Source: Waterburya sp.
Lineage (GTDB): Bacteria; Cyanobacteriota; Cyanobacteriia; Cyanobacteriales; Xenococcaceae
Length of the DNA: 64,000 bases
NCBI GenBank assembly: GCA_965217895.1
Contig: CBDCJV010000002.1
Coordinates: 864,001-928,000 of the forward strand
Reading direction: 5' to 3'
The stretch's first letter is position 1; the number at the start of each line of letters is the position of its first letter. A program made the position numbers and the translations under genes. Under the pieces are notes generated by a model. That model saw only the letters and a list, made by a program, of their open reading frames with translations. It ran no database searches and was not told where the DNA came from. Shown here one piece after another: positions 48,796 to 59,264 of the stretch.

Positions 48796-49914
48796 ATGGC
48801 TAATTCTGAACTATCTCCATTATTACGAACTCCTCTTTATAGTCTGGCACAAGCTGCAAAAGCTCGTTTTACTGGCTTTTCAGGCTGGGAAATGCCCGTA
48901 CAGTATTTAGGGTTAAAAATTGAACATCAAGCAGTACGTACCCAAGCAGGAATGTTTGATATTTCTCACATGGGTAAATTTACTTTTGCGGGTAAGAATT
49001 TAATTAGTGCTTGGCAGAATTTAGTACCTTCAGACTTGAGCCGTTTGCAGCCTGGAGAAGCAATGTATACGGTGCTGCTTAACCCCCAAGGCGGAATTAT
49101 CGACGACATTATTTTTTATTACCAAGGAGAACGCGAAACAGAGCAAAAAGCTGTGCTAATTGTTAATGCAGGAACAACCGACAAGGATAAAGCCTGGATT
49201 TTAGAAAATCTGCAATCTGATTCGGTGACGATGGCAGACATATCCCAGCAACAGGCTCTAATTGCTTTACAAGGGCCTAAAGCCAGTCAGATTTTACAAA
49301 GTTTGGTGGCAGAAGATATAAGTGCGATGAAGGCTTTTACACATCAAACCGTCAGCATCAACGGTAGTGCTGCATTTATTGCTCGAACTGGCTATACAGG
49401 AGAAGATGGGTTTGAAATTATGCTTGAACCAGCAGCAGCACTACAGCTATGGCAGTCTTTTTTGAAGGCGGGGGTAATTCCCTGTGGTTTGGGTGCTAGA
49501 GATACTTTGCGCTTAGAAGCAGCAATGAGTCTTTATGGGCAAGAGATTGATGAGACCATTTCGCCTCTAGAAGCTGGCTTAAACTGGGTGGTGCATCTAG
49601 ATGACAAGCAAGACTTTATCGGACGCTCTGCCTTAGAAAAACAAAAAGAAGAGGGAGTAAAACGCCGTTTAGTAGGTTTGGAAATGTCAGGTAGACACAT
49701 AGCTCGTCATGGCTATCGTGTTATGTCCGAAGGGGAAGCAGTAGGAGAAGTAACCAGCGGAACTTTAGCTCCTACTGTAGGAAAAGCGATCGCTTTGGCC
49801 TATGTGCCTAAGTTTTTAAGTAAAGTGGGACAGGCTTTAGAAATTGAAATCCGTGGCAAAACCTATCCTGCTACGGTGGTCAAAAAACCCTTTTATCGTT
49901 CACCCCATCGTTAA
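48796..49914 (+). CDS. gcvT: Glycine cleavage system aminomethyltransferase T
   Basis: RTPLY, FDISHMG, RTGYTGEDGFE, GLGARDTLRLEA. Confidence 0.96.
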   Translation: MANSELSPLLRTPLYSLAQAAKARFTGFSGWEMPVQYLGLKIEHQAVRTQAGMFDISHMGKFTFAGKNLISAWQNLVPSDLSRLQPGEAMYTVLLNPQGGIIDDIIFYYQGERETEQKAVLIVNAGTTDKDKAWILENLQSDSVTMADISQQQALIALQGPKASQILQSLVAEDISAMKAFTHQTVSINGSAAFIARTGYTGEDGFEIMLEPAAALQLWQSFLKAGVIPCGLGARDTLRLEAAMSLYGQEIDETISPLEAGLNWVVHLDDKQDFIGRSALEKQKEEGVKRRLVGLEMSGRHIARHGYRVMSEGEAVGEVTSGTLAPTVGKAIALAYVPKFLSKVGQALEIEIRGKTYPATVVKKPFYRSPHR

Positions 49915-50011
49915 ATTAACTGATGTTACGCACTAATTAATCTGTTGAGACTGGGAAAGCCCACCGCCCTGAGATGCGGACAAGTCCTTTGTGAGGTTTT
50001 GCGACTACGTA

Positions 50012-50455
50012 TTAAACAAATGGTTTGATAATCTTGCGGGAAATTGCCAAGTCAAGAATAAAACGAGCGATCGCAAAACAAATAATACTTTGAAAGACTA
50101 AAAATAATAAAGATAATAGCTCAGATAAAACAAAGTTTACTTCAACCAGGGCAAGTCCTCTAACCAAGCCAAATGCCAATACTGCACCATCGTTTAAATG
50201 AAAGTTGCGATCGTCACGAATAATATATCGATAGGTAACGCCAAACAGAAAACCGCTAATTGAACCGATAGCTAGCTGTATCAGCAATTGCCAGTCTACT
50301 ACTGCCGTAGCTTCTGGCTTTGCCACTAGTTCGACAATCAAAGTTTTAGCTAAAATAATCACCAATTCGGCGACAGTAAAAGCGACTGCACCCAATATTC
50401 CTGCTTTGACAGATTCTATTCTTTCGATTACTAAACTTGGCACAATCCTCACCAC
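50012..50455 (-). CDS. Conserved hypothetical membrane protein
   Basis: ERIESVKAG, LFGVTYRYIIRDD, GAVLAFGLVRGL; about 4 TMs. Confidence 0.75.
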   Translation of the reverse strand: MVRIVPSLVIERIESVKAGILGAVAFTVAELVIILAKTLIVELVAKPEATAVVDWQLLIQLAIGSISGFLFGVTYRYIIRDDRNFHLNDGAVLAFGLVRGLALVEVNFVLSELLSLLFLVFQSIICFAIARFILDLAISRKIIKPFV

Positions 50456-50526
50456 AAAAGACCACTTAAGAAGTATGATAGGGTTTATATTGCCAGATTA
50501 ATTACATATTTCCCAAAAATACTAAT

Positions 50527-50616
50527 ATGGATATTTTGACACTAGGCTGGGTGACTATCTTAGCTTTGTTTACGTGGTCGATTGCTATGGTTGTTTGGGG
50601 TCGTAACGGATTCTAA
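50527..50616 (+). CDS. petN: Cytochrome b6-f complex subunit VIII
   Basis: Manual translation [29 protein letters not shown]. Confidence 0.96.
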   Translation: MDILTLGWVTILALFTWSIAMVVWGRNGF

Positions 50617-50619
50617 GTC

Positions 50620-50763
50620 GTGGAAACAAACGAATTACTAAACACTCTATTTCTTGCTGCCGTAGGTATACTAGGGCTAGTTAGTTTGGGGATTTCATAC
50701 CTGACTATAGTTCAATGGCGCGATCGCCGTCGTCAAGGGCGCGATAAGCGAGGCGGAGTCTAA
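50620..50763 (+). CDS. Small single-TM protein (47 aa) coupled to petN
   Basis: GTG start 3 nt after the petN stop: METNELLNTLFLAAVGILGLVSLGISYLTIVQWRDRRRQGRDKRGGV*. Confidence 0.7.
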   Translation: METNELLNTLFLAAVGILGLVSLGISYLTIVQWRDRRRQGRDKRGGV

Positions 50764-50793
50764 AACTCAACAAAAAGCAATATTTGACCGCGG

Positions 50794-50828
50794 TAGGGAT
50801 GCTATTTTTAGTATCCCTATAGTTTTTT
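50794..50828 (+). terminator. Putative intrinsic terminator of the petN transcript
   Basis: TAGGGAT...ATCCCTA stem followed by a T tract. Confidence 0.55.
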
Positions 50829-50969
50829 AGAGTTTTTTAAACTTGCTATTTAAAAAAAATTATAATTATCACGAACAAGAATTACCCATTCGCAGGGGGA
50901 AGTGCGTAAATCCTAGATTATCTTCTTGTTAATAAATTCTCTTTAAATTCAATTAATACAGGTATAATA

Positions 50970-51311
50970 ATGAGTCAATTTACTCTCAATTTACTTCAAG
51001 GTGCAGTAATTTTTAACTTTAGCAAAGAATCTGCCCAAGAACTTCAGACAGAAATATCTACCTTAATGCAAAGTTTAAAAGCAGCCTCTAACAGCGTTTC
51101 TAGCAGCGGTAGCCGTCCATCTCCCCAAAAATCTATGGAATACCAATACACAGGAGATGTCTTTCTCGAAATTTTTTGTAACCCTAATATTTACCCTAGC
51201 CCCTTTGCTGCCAAAATTCTGATTACCTTAAGAGATAGTCGTATTCGTTTGACAAGCGAAGCCGAACTAACTCAGCTAATCGAAGATTTAAATCTATATT
51301 TAGAAAGTTAA
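50970..51311 (+). CDS. Conserved cyanobacterial hypothetical protein
   Basis: MEYQYTGDVFLEIFCNPNIYPSPFAAK motif. Confidence 0.75.
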   Translation: MSQFTLNLLQGAVIFNFSKESAQELQTEISTLMQSLKAASNSVSSSGSRPSPQKSMEYQYTGDVFLEIFCNPNIYPSPFAAKILITLRDSRIRLTSEAELTQLIEDLNLYLES

Positions 51312-51334
51312 AAAGGCTTGCAGCTTGGAGCTTA

Positions 51335-51466
51335 TATAGTCATTCCAATTAATTTCCTTATGATTAACTGATTTTTAAGTCAGAAGTCAGAAGCCAGAAT
51401 TCAGAAGGCTTATAGAGATTTATTACCGCCTATAAATTCATCTGGTTTCTATTTGAAATGACTATA
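51335..51466. mobile_element. MITE-like dispersed element (family A, copy 2)
   Basis: TATAGTCATTCCAATTAATTTCCTTATG ... TTGAAATGACTATA; interior TCAGAAG repeats. Confidence 0.6.
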
Positions 51467-51488
51467 CTTATAGCACTGACGTTCATAG

Positions 51489-51836
51489 TTAACCACCGCT
51501 TATTTTGGCTTTGTAACCTGATTGCGTCAATAGCTCTAAAAGTTTTTGCTTATGTTCTCCTTGAATTTCTAGACTATTATCTTTGACGGTGCCACCAGTG
51601 CCACATTTGGCTTTTAGCTGTTTCAATAGCTTGCTGAGAGTTTCGGGTTTATGCTGAAACCCAGTGATTATCGTTACCGTTTTGCCTTTTCTGCCCGAAC
51701 GAGTCGCTTGTATTCTAAGATCTTGCTGTTGGGGTGGTAAATCAGGCATTCCTCTTTCTAATGCCTGAGAATTATTAGTATTGCCAAATTCTTGATAAGC
51801 AATAGGTTGACGTTGGGAATTACGTTTAGCAGCCAT
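51489..51836 (-). CDS. yciH: Translation initiation factor SUI1/YciH
   Basis: RSGRKGKTVT, LKAKCGTGGTVKD, EIQGEH. Confidence 0.9.
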   Translation of the reverse strand: MAAKRNSQRQPIAYQEFGNTNNSQALERGMPDLPPQQQDLRIQATRSGRKGKTVTIITGFQHKPETLSKLLKQLKAKCGTGGTVKDNSLEIQGEHKQKLLELLTQSGYKAKISGG

Positions 51837-52132
51837 TTTAAGTTTCTTTATAATCTTTTTTGTTGCAAATCTCGTTAGTTAATTCATAAAATAACATCCG
51901 ATGGCAGTTAGGACAGTTAAAAATTTTTAGCCTTTCAAGCTTATGCGTCATCTAAATCTGGGAGGAGATGAAGCCATTAACGAATCTCTAGCAATTTTAT
52001 TGCGCCAGTTTACCAGCCGTCACCCAGAAACTCAGACTCTTTCCTTTATATGTGATTTTCGCGCTCTCGATTCAGCAACGCCGATTATTTGCATACAATC
52101 AAAGTTAGAGATTTACATACCTAAGTCAAAGA

Positions 52133-52194
52133 CTAGGCAAAAAATAGGTTGTCACCTTGCCGATGAGAGCAGTGACAACCTATTTTTTGCCTAG
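52133..52194. repeat. Perfect 23-bp inverted repeat with 16-nt loop
   Basis: CTAGGCAAAAAATAGGTTGTCAC - N16 - GTGACAACCTATTTTTTGCCTAG. Confidence 0.92.
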
Positions 52195-52411
52195 GGCGAA
52201 GAAAAAGTATTTTTAATAAGATGAAATCAAGCAGTAGACAGAGCTGATAAGTATTCGTACTTACCTGACAGAACTTCCTGAAAAGCTCGGAGTAGAGCAT
52301 TATTTCACTGTCTCTGTTGACTTGTCGTGGCAAATAGTCGTCCCTACCAAATTTAATCATCGAACATTATAACTTTTAGCTTGATAAACGTAAACTTATC
52401 AAATATAAACA

Positions 52412-53305
52412 ATGTTGTCCTCCAAACTACGAGATCCTTCTAACTCAAATACTCAGGTGCTTAGACCACAATGGGATTATCGACCTTTTTTGTCTAGTCA
52501 GGGTTTAGACTGGCAAGGTATTCAGTTTGATTATTATCAGCATTATCCATCCGTCTTACCTCAAAATAGCTCACAATATTCACTACAGATTTTTCTCTCT
52601 GAAGGTGATGTGAAGGAGAGTTTGGATGGACAAGAACGAATTGAGCATATTTCTCCTGGTGATGTGACTATTATCCCCGCTGACACTAATTATCATGCCA
52701 GTTTGCAAGACGAAATCGAGTTTATTTTGCTGACGCTTCAACCAAATTTATTTAACGATCTAGGGAAAAACAAACTTGACGGTAACAAGGCGGAAATCTT
52801 GCCCCAGTTTGCTGTAGACGATCCTCTAATCGCTGGTATTGCCATGACCCTGAAAAATCAGCTAGAAAGAGATCGCTCTGCTTGTTCTGACTATGCTCGC
52901 ACTTTAGGTAAAGCGATCGCCGTTCACCTATTCAAGAAATATTCTAAACCATCTACAGCTAATAATAGTAGCTATAAAAATGCAGTTGAAAGAAAATTGC
53001 AGGTTGTACTAGAGTATATCGGGCAAAATCTAGATGAGAAACTCTCTTTAGACTCAATCGCTAAGCAGGTAAACTTGAGTAAATATTATCTGTGTCGCTT
53101 ATTTACTAAATATCTAAACATATCACCCCATCAATATATTATCCAAAAGCGAATCGACAAATCAAAACAGTTACTCAAACAAGAACTATCCCTGCAAATC
53201 GTTGAGATTGCTTTTGACTGTGGTTTTGCCAGTCACAGTCATTTCAATCGCCAGTTCAACAAAAATGTAGGCATGAGTCCTAGAGACTATCGCCATGCTG
53301 CATAG
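52412..53305 (+). CDS. AraC family transcriptional regulator
   Basis: C-terminal dual HTH: LSLDSIAKQVNLSKYYLCRLF ... IAFDCGFASHSHFNRQF..GMSPRDYR. Confidence 0.93.
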   Translation: MLSSKLRDPSNSNTQVLRPQWDYRPFLSSQGLDWQGIQFDYYQHYPSVLPQNSSQYSLQIFLSEGDVKESLDGQERIEHISPGDVTIIPADTNYHASLQDEIEFILLTLQPNLFNDLGKNKLDGNKAEILPQFAVDDPLIAGIAMTLKNQLERDRSACSDYARTLGKAIAVHLFKKYSKPSTANNSSYKNAVERKLQVVLEYIGQNLDEKLSLDSIAKQVNLSKYYLCRLFTKYLNISPHQYIIQKRIDKSKQLLKQELSLQIVEIAFDCGFASHSHFNRQFNKNVGMSPRDYRHAA

Positions 53306-53542
53306 TAGAAAGTAAGAAGTAAAAAATAGGAATTTTTGAACGAGGGCAGAAGGCAGAAGGCAGAAGGACAATTGCAGGGAGATTCAGACTCACTCCTCGA
53401 TTGAACAAAGGCTTTAGCTGCATGCGGGCAAGCTCTTTGCGCCATCTGCCCTAAAACTTCTGTCTTAAGGGCGAAGCCCGATAATAATGTCAAACAGGTT
53501 TATACATGATGCTATACAATGTTCCAAGCAGTTATTACCAAG

Positions 53543-54223
53543 TTAACGGCGATCGCTCATCAAGCCTAACATCGGACCTAAAATAGCTCCGAAAATAAAA
53601 CCCCCAGCGTGCGCCCAATATGCTACTCCAGTAGTCTCTGGTATCCCCAGAGAAGCAACGCTACTAATTGCCTGTTGTACAAACCAAAACCCCAGGAAAA
53701 AAACAGCAGGGATACGTACCGTAGTCCAAATAATAAATAAAGGCAGAAGAGTTACAATTTTTGCCTTGGGATATTTTACCAGATACGCTCCCATAACCCC
53801 CGCGATCGCACCGCTTGCACCAACGGTAGGCGCAGCAGACTGCATCCCAAAAAACCAATGAGTTAACCCCGCTAAAACACCACAAAGTAAATAAAAGAAA
53901 AGAAATTTAACGTGACCGAGATCGTGTTCGATATTATCGCCAAATGTCCATAAAAACAGCATATTTCCCGCAATGTGCATAAAACCTCCATGTAAAAATT
54001 GGGAGGTTATTAGGGTAGCTAGTTCTGGGACAGGCTGATCGGGGGGTGTGCCATTAAAGCTAGCACTCAACTGCTGGGGAATGACGGCATAAAGCTGAAA
54101 AAAGCCGTCTAAACCTGAACCCAAAGACATTTCGTGGAGAAAAACTATGACATTGATAGCTATCAAGGCATAAACTACAATTGGAGTGCTGTAGGTAGGA
54201 TTCTCATCATTAATTGGAATCAT
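53543..54223 (-). CDS. Rhomboid intramembrane serine protease
   Basis: FLHGGFMHIAGNM, GASGAIAG, AYWAHAGGF. Confidence 0.93.
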   Translation of the reverse strand: MIPINDENPTYSTPIVVYALIAINVIVFLHEMSLGSGLDGFFQLYAVIPQQLSASFNGTPPDQPVPELATLITSQFLHGGFMHIAGNMLFLWTFGDNIEHDLGHVKFLFFYLLCGVLAGLTHWFFGMQSAAPTVGASGAIAGVMGAYLVKYPKAKIVTLLPLFIIWTTVRIPAVFFLGFWFVQQAISSVASLGIPETTGVAYWAHAGGFIFGAILGPMLGLMSDRR

Positions 54224-54238
54224 ACTAAATCTTTAAAG

Positions 54239-54436
54239 TTAACTAATTCCTAACATAGCTTCTAAAGTCAGATATAGCAGAGAAAAAGTACCGATTAAAA
54301 AACCGACTAGAGCGATCGCGGTTACAGGGTTTTTCAAAAAAGGCTTTAATTGCTGAAAGAAAAACCAAAAAATTCCCAGGCTAATGCTGATTAAGTAGCG
54401 GGGATAGCGAGAAACGTTTTGAAAGAAATCTTGCAT
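54239..54436 (-). CDS. DUF751 / Ycf33-like protein
   Basis: DFFQNVSRYPRYLIS...TLEAMLG. Confidence 0.8.
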   Translation of the reverse strand: MQDFFQNVSRYPRYLISISLGIFWFFFQQLKPFLKNPVTAIALVGFLIGTFSLLYLTLEAMLGIS

Positions 54437-54550
54437 TGTATTATTGTAAAAATATAAAATTTTTTATTTTAGCTTGCCTTTATTATCAAACATAAAGCGA
54501 TCGACATTCAATATTCCGTCTCAGACTTTACCTAGCTGAGAAGCTGGTAG

Positions 54551-56197
54551 TTACTTTTGACGATTAATATCTTTAAAAGTGCTGCCAATTCCTTGAATGA
54601 TGCCTTTACCTATTAATCCTAATCCTTTGCCAATCACCTGAGTTAAGACAAAAACTACGCCACTACCAGTCAGAGAGATAAATTTTCTGGCTAACGGAGC
54701 GATCGCATCGCGAATTTCAATGACGATGGTAGTTAACCAAGGAACTCCCGATAATTGTTCTAATTCAATTTTGCGGGGAGCATAAAGATATAAAGTTCTG
54801 ATACCATTACTCAAGATAAAGAGGCGATGGCGACTTTCAAAAATGTTTTGCGGATGTTCAAAATACTTTTCCTGACGATATCTCCAGGATAGCTGGTTGC
54901 GAAAGCGAGCTAACTGGCGATCGCTTTTGTACTCTAATTTATATAGTTGATATTTAAAATTTTCTAGGTCATAAAAATTATTTAGCATTACCTGCATGAC
55001 ACCGTTAGCCAAGTGAATAATTAAATTGTGCAGTAAAAATTCTATATGCGCGATGGATTCAGCAGCATCAGACTGATAAATTACATTATCGATAGTTAAC
55101 CCTGGTTGGCCAAGTAAATAGGCAAAAAGCTCTGGGATACCATAGATATAGTTGAAAATATTTTGCTTAACTACCGTAAATTCTTGCTCGATTAAATTAC
55201 TTAACTGCTGTTCTTCTTCTAGAGTTAATTGACCATAATATTGCACGAAGAAAGCTTTTATACTCCATAACCAAATGTCTTGTAAATAATCTAGATAATT
55301 TTGTTCTAAAGTATTAGCGATGGGAATTTGGGTAACTGTATCGCCGAGACGTTTTAAAATTAAATGGCATAAACTTTTTTGAATTTCTGGCTGAAGAATA
55401 TCAATTTCTAAAGGTATATTGGTTCGATTACCTAAGCCTAGCTGGATATCGATGACAACTCGCTCAAAAATTGTTTTGTTGGCAGAATCTGCAAAAACAG
55501 GCAAAGGAGTTAACTCTGTGGGAGTAGAAAGAACTAGCTTTCCCTCTGCTGCTTCATCGGGGATATCTTCGCTTAAGACAATTTCTTCTGCCACTAAACG
55601 ATTAGATAGCCAACGAGCCGTTAATAATTCTCGTTTACGACCAATTAAAAATACCCGATCCCAGTCCGATAAATTAGGATTGCTTAAGCGATCGTCAATC
55701 TCTCTGAGAGTCTCTTCAAGCTCTATTCTGCCAGACTGACTAAAGCGAGATAAAGCAGTTTGCCAGAGTTTGGGGCGACTTTTGCGGTTATTTTGCCAAT
55801 AAGTATTGCCATAGGCAACGGTATGTAATCCCTCAATAATAGTATTAATACTAGAACTGCGATCGCAGTAACCCTTGATACCCAAAGACTTAATCTTAGC
55901 TAGCCTTTTCGGGGTAAAATCAAAAGTTAGAAGAAACAAGGGTAAGCGAGGATATAGCTGTCTTACCTGTTGACAAAATTCTAAACTAGAGGTTTGGGAA
56001 GTGGAGTCATGGAAACCAATACCCACAACCAAGACATTAAGCACCAAGCCTTGAGTCAACTCTCGCCAGGTGTCATTACTCATGTCTCCCTCGCCCACAA
56101 TGGCAAAGTTGGGATATTGGGCAATGGCAGTACGTAAACCCAGGCGAAATATGGAATCGCGATCGACAATAAACAGTTTAATCTTGTCTGGGGTCAT
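54551..56197 (-). CDS. DUF3685 / Ycf55-like protein with degenerate receiver domain
   Basis: IVDRDSIFRLGL, GRKRELLTARW, RFRNQLSWRYR, EIRDAIAP, VIGKGLGLIGKGIIQGIG. Confidence 0.8.
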   Translation of the reverse strand: MTPDKIKLFIVDRDSIFRLGLRTAIAQYPNFAIVGEGDMSNDTWRELTQGLVLNVLVVGIGFHDSTSQTSSLEFCQQVRQLYPRLPLFLLTFDFTPKRLAKIKSLGIKGYCDRSSSINTIIEGLHTVAYGNTYWQNNRKSRPKLWQTALSRFSQSGRIELEETLREIDDRLSNPNLSDWDRVFLIGRKRELLTARWLSNRLVAEEIVLSEDIPDEAAEGKLVLSTPTELTPLPVFADSANKTIFERVVIDIQLGLGNRTNIPLEIDILQPEIQKSLCHLILKRLGDTVTQIPIANTLEQNYLDYLQDIWLWSIKAFFVQYYGQLTLEEEQQLSNLIEQEFTVVKQNIFNYIYGIPELFAYLLGQPGLTIDNVIYQSDAAESIAHIEFLLHNLIIHLANGVMQVMLNNFYDLENFKYQLYKLEYKSDRQLARFRNQLSWRYRQEKYFEHPQNIFESRHRLFILSNGIRTLYLYAPRKIELEQLSGVPWLTTIVIEIRDAIAPLARKFISLTGSGVVFVLTQVIGKGLGLIGKGIIQGIGSTFKDINRQK

Positions 56198-56413
56198 TTC
56201 TATCCGCCCTCGGTGCGGTTTCTTTGATGCAGCTTGACAGTCTGTCGTCTAGCTTGGCAATAACAATCAATTATATTGCTCAACGAGTATCAAACTAGGA
56301 GTACGAGGTATAATAGTCACTTCTTCAGTATTAGTCATAATAGTTTTGAAATTTTAAACTGATGATTATTTGTTAATTTATAGCCTTTTATTTACCCATA
56401 GCTGATAAATATT

Positions 56414-58246
56414 GTGTCTGAATCACTAAGCGATCGCTATTTTGCCCTTATCGACCAAATCGTCGAGCTTACTCTCCAGGGAAAAATTAGCTCTTTGGAG
56501 CGAGTTTACAAAATCTTAGTAGAGCAAGTAGACGCTGGTACAGGAGAAATATTAGAACGCTGTCTTAATCAACGGATTGAGGCCACTGAGGCACAATTAG
56601 ACACTAAACTAAAGGCAGCACGGGTATTAAGAGCATTACAAACCATTGAAAAGCAGTGGTTACGTTGGCAATCAGAAAATCAAGATAGTGCCGAAATTGA
56701 CGAGACGGCACAAGATATTTTAGCTGCCGATCCTGATGATTACTTTTTAGCAATGATAGATGCGATCGATCTCAATCAAGATCGACCTTTAAACATCGAT
56801 CAACTACATAAATTAGCAGCAAGTTTGAAAGCTGCTGCTGATGGGCAGGAGAATGCCGAAATAGCTCAGTCATGGCAGCAGCTAGCTACAGGTATTACAA
56901 GCGGTTTAAAATCTTTTACCGCTTTGGAAGGAGATTTAGTTAGCTGGATGTATAGTTCGGCAAGTAACTTTGCGGGATTTGGCAGCGAAAAACCAAATCC
57001 TTGGCGTATTTGGGCGCAAAAAGTCCCTAGTCCTTTACCCAAGCAGCTATTTCAAACCCTAGCGCAACAACAGTCGGCGATCGCTTTTGCCAGAGTTGCC
57101 AGTAATTTAGAGCTGCAAGCCTGGGTAGAATTGGCAATTTTATTGCAGTATCTCCAGCGAGGTTTAGTAACCTGGTTCGATCGGCAGCCCTATAATTCTA
57201 AGTTTGGCAAGGAGTTATCCAATAGCACTTTTCTGACTTTTGCCTATATTTGGTGTGAACTGTGGCAGGTATTTATCGATAGCAAGCCTGCCTTAGCCGA
57301 TGGATGCTTTTTGGCAATGCTACAAATTTTGCGTACTTTTGCCCAACGCCCAGACTTCCCTCTTTATAGCGGGGTGTTTGCTTCCTTTTCTGGGGACTAT
57401 TTACAAGATACTTTAGATTATTTTGACGAACCCCTCAAGCAGGTGGAGGGAACAGAAGAAAAAGCGCGTATTCTCACCTTACTGGGCTATTCCCAACGAA
57501 CAATTGGCGCATACGATAAAGCCGTCGATTTTCATCAAGAGGCTCTAGAGATTGCTATTGATGCCAATGATTATGCCTGTGAGATCGCTAATCTCAACCA
57601 TCTTAGCCGTACTAGCGTTAACTTAAAAAAATATAGTGAGGCAATTAACTATAGCCAAAGAGCTTTAATTGCAGCTAGACAGGTAGGAGATAAGCTAGGG
57701 GAAGCCAACGCTTCGGTTAACTTAGGGTATGCCCAGGTATTTGCAGCCCGACAGTTGGATAATATGGCACCTGAAGGCTATAGCGAAGCCATTCGTTATT
57801 TAGAGCAAGGAGTGGAATTAGCCAAAAAACAGGGTGATTTACAAAGCCAATCCTTTGGCTGTAGTAGTTTGGGTATTGCCTACGTTATTTTAGAACAGCC
57901 TACAGCAGCGATCGCATCTTTGACCAAAGGAGCTGAATTGGCACAGTATTCTAGGGATGTCTATCTTCAAGGATTAAGCTTTTCTTATCTGGCAGAGGCT
58001 CATTACAGTATTGAAAATATCCCTACCGCGATCGCCTTTGGCAGTCTGGGAATGTATCTGCTTAATCAGATCAACTCGGTAGAGTGGCGACAGGTGGCAG
58101 GTTTGATGTCAATTATCCAAGGACAATTGGGCGAGTCAGACTTTACGACTATTCTGGGGCAACAGCGATCGCAAATTATTGGCTTGATTGGCGTAGACGG
58201 CTATGATTATCTGCCTAAATTGTTGACAGAATATAAGCAAAATTAA
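56414..58246 (+). CDS. Tetratricopeptide repeat protein
   Basis: C-terminal TPRs (LGYSQRTIGAYDKAVDFHQEAL, LGIAYVIL...). Confidence 0.85.
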   Translation: MSESLSDRYFALIDQIVELTLQGKISSLERVYKILVEQVDAGTGEILERCLNQRIEATEAQLDTKLKAARVLRALQTIEKQWLRWQSENQDSAEIDETAQDILAADPDDYFLAMIDAIDLNQDRPLNIDQLHKLAASLKAAADGQENAEIAQSWQQLATGITSGLKSFTALEGDLVSWMYSSASNFAGFGSEKPNPWRIWAQKVPSPLPKQLFQTLAQQQSAIAFARVASNLELQAWVELAILLQYLQRGLVTWFDRQPYNSKFGKELSNSTFLTFAYIWCELWQVFIDSKPALADGCFLAMLQILRTFAQRPDFPLYSGVFASFSGDYLQDTLDYFDEPLKQVEGTEEKARILTLLGYSQRTIGAYDKAVDFHQEALEIAIDANDYACEIANLNHLSRTSVNLKKYSEAINYSQRALIAARQVGDKLGEANASVNLGYAQVFAARQLDNMAPEGYSEAIRYLEQGVELAKKQGDLQSQSFGCSSLGIAYVILEQPTAAIASLTKGAELAQYSRDVYLQGLSFSYLAEAHYSIENIPTAIAFGSLGMYLLNQINSVEWRQVAGLMSIIQGQLGESDFTTILGQQRSQIIGLIGVDGYDYLPKLLTEYKQN

Positions 58247-58249
58247 GTA

Positions 58250-59258
58250 ACGTGAGTTCGGGTTAAGCAGAAGCAGATAAAACGAAGTCATCAATGGCAA
58301 TAGACGGTTTTTTAGAGCGATGGCGAGCTTGCAACTAAGCCAGCCAGCAAATTAACGACAAAGTTAGTAGGTGAACGATGACGAGAGTGTTCGATCTGGC
58401 TGATATGCTTTAACTGTTCAATCACAGATTCAACGATTGCTCTTTTTCGTAATAGTTGTTTGTCCAGCATCGTCATCAATCGATTGTTCATATTCTTCTT
58501 GAATTTAGTCACTAGTATGACGTTAGAAGCTCTCAGGTCGCGCGCTAAAGGTGCAGAAATGTAACCTTTGTCGCCAAAAAACTGACCAAACTGCCCTTGA
58601 AGTAATTCTTTAACAGGTTTACGGTCGTCAATATTTCCTTTTGTTAAAGCTACATTTAATAATTCTCCTTTGTGATTGATTGCCAAATGAAGTTTGAAAC
58701 CATAAAACCAATCTACGGATGTTTTTCCTCTTTCAGCGATTGCTTGAAAAACTCGATGCTGTTTAATACGTCGATTGTGACAGACTTTTAGACTCGTTGA
58801 ATCAATAAATCCGATTCCCGTACTTGCTCCTAAACGGGAGCGAAGATATGCCATTAAAGGAATTAGAGTGCTTGGTTGCCATTCGACAAAACGGTTATAA
58901 CTGACTAAGTTTGGGAAAGCCTCGCGCCAATAGAAGCTAACAATTTCTAGGTAAAATGTCTTGAAAGTTTTGTAGGCAGACAAATGAAATGCTATTTCTA
59001 TAGTCAACGCGGTGGTTGGACAAGCTGCTTACGAAGCAGCGTCCCCCACCGCCATAATTTCACTCAAACTTAATCGGCGATTACGAAGACGACGTTTTCC
59101 CTGTGTCAATAGCTGCTGCTTCCAGCCAAGCTCAAAATTAGAGCAAAAATCGTCAACAGAACAAAATAATTCTTCTAAACTGAACATAGGGCAGGTTTAC
59201 TGAATTTGTCGTTATTTTCAGCTTACTACCTGTCCCTTCTCTTATCCCGAACTCACGT
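58250..59258 (-). mobile_element. IS982-family insertion sequence (decayed)
   Basis: Terminal inverted repeats ACGTGAGTTCGGGTTAAG / CTTATCCCGAACTCACGT; direct repeat TAAGTA on both sides (58244-58249, 59259-59264). Confidence 0.9.
58263..59187 (-). pseudogene. IS982 transposase, interrupted by a 48-bp hairpin insertion and a C-terminal frameshift
   Basis: MFSLEELFCSVDDFC...LSLSEIM [insert with in-frame TAA] TIEIAFH...FIDST...WFYGFKLHL...GDKGY...KRAIVESV...HSRHRS; KKPSI tail lies in another frame. Confidence 0.85.
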
Positions 59259-59264
59259 TAAGTA

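Noticed and set aside
51943..52360. Two overlapping ORFs sharing RQKIGCH...DNLFFA
   Set aside because: The shared peptide is an artefact of the perfect inverted repeat read on both strands
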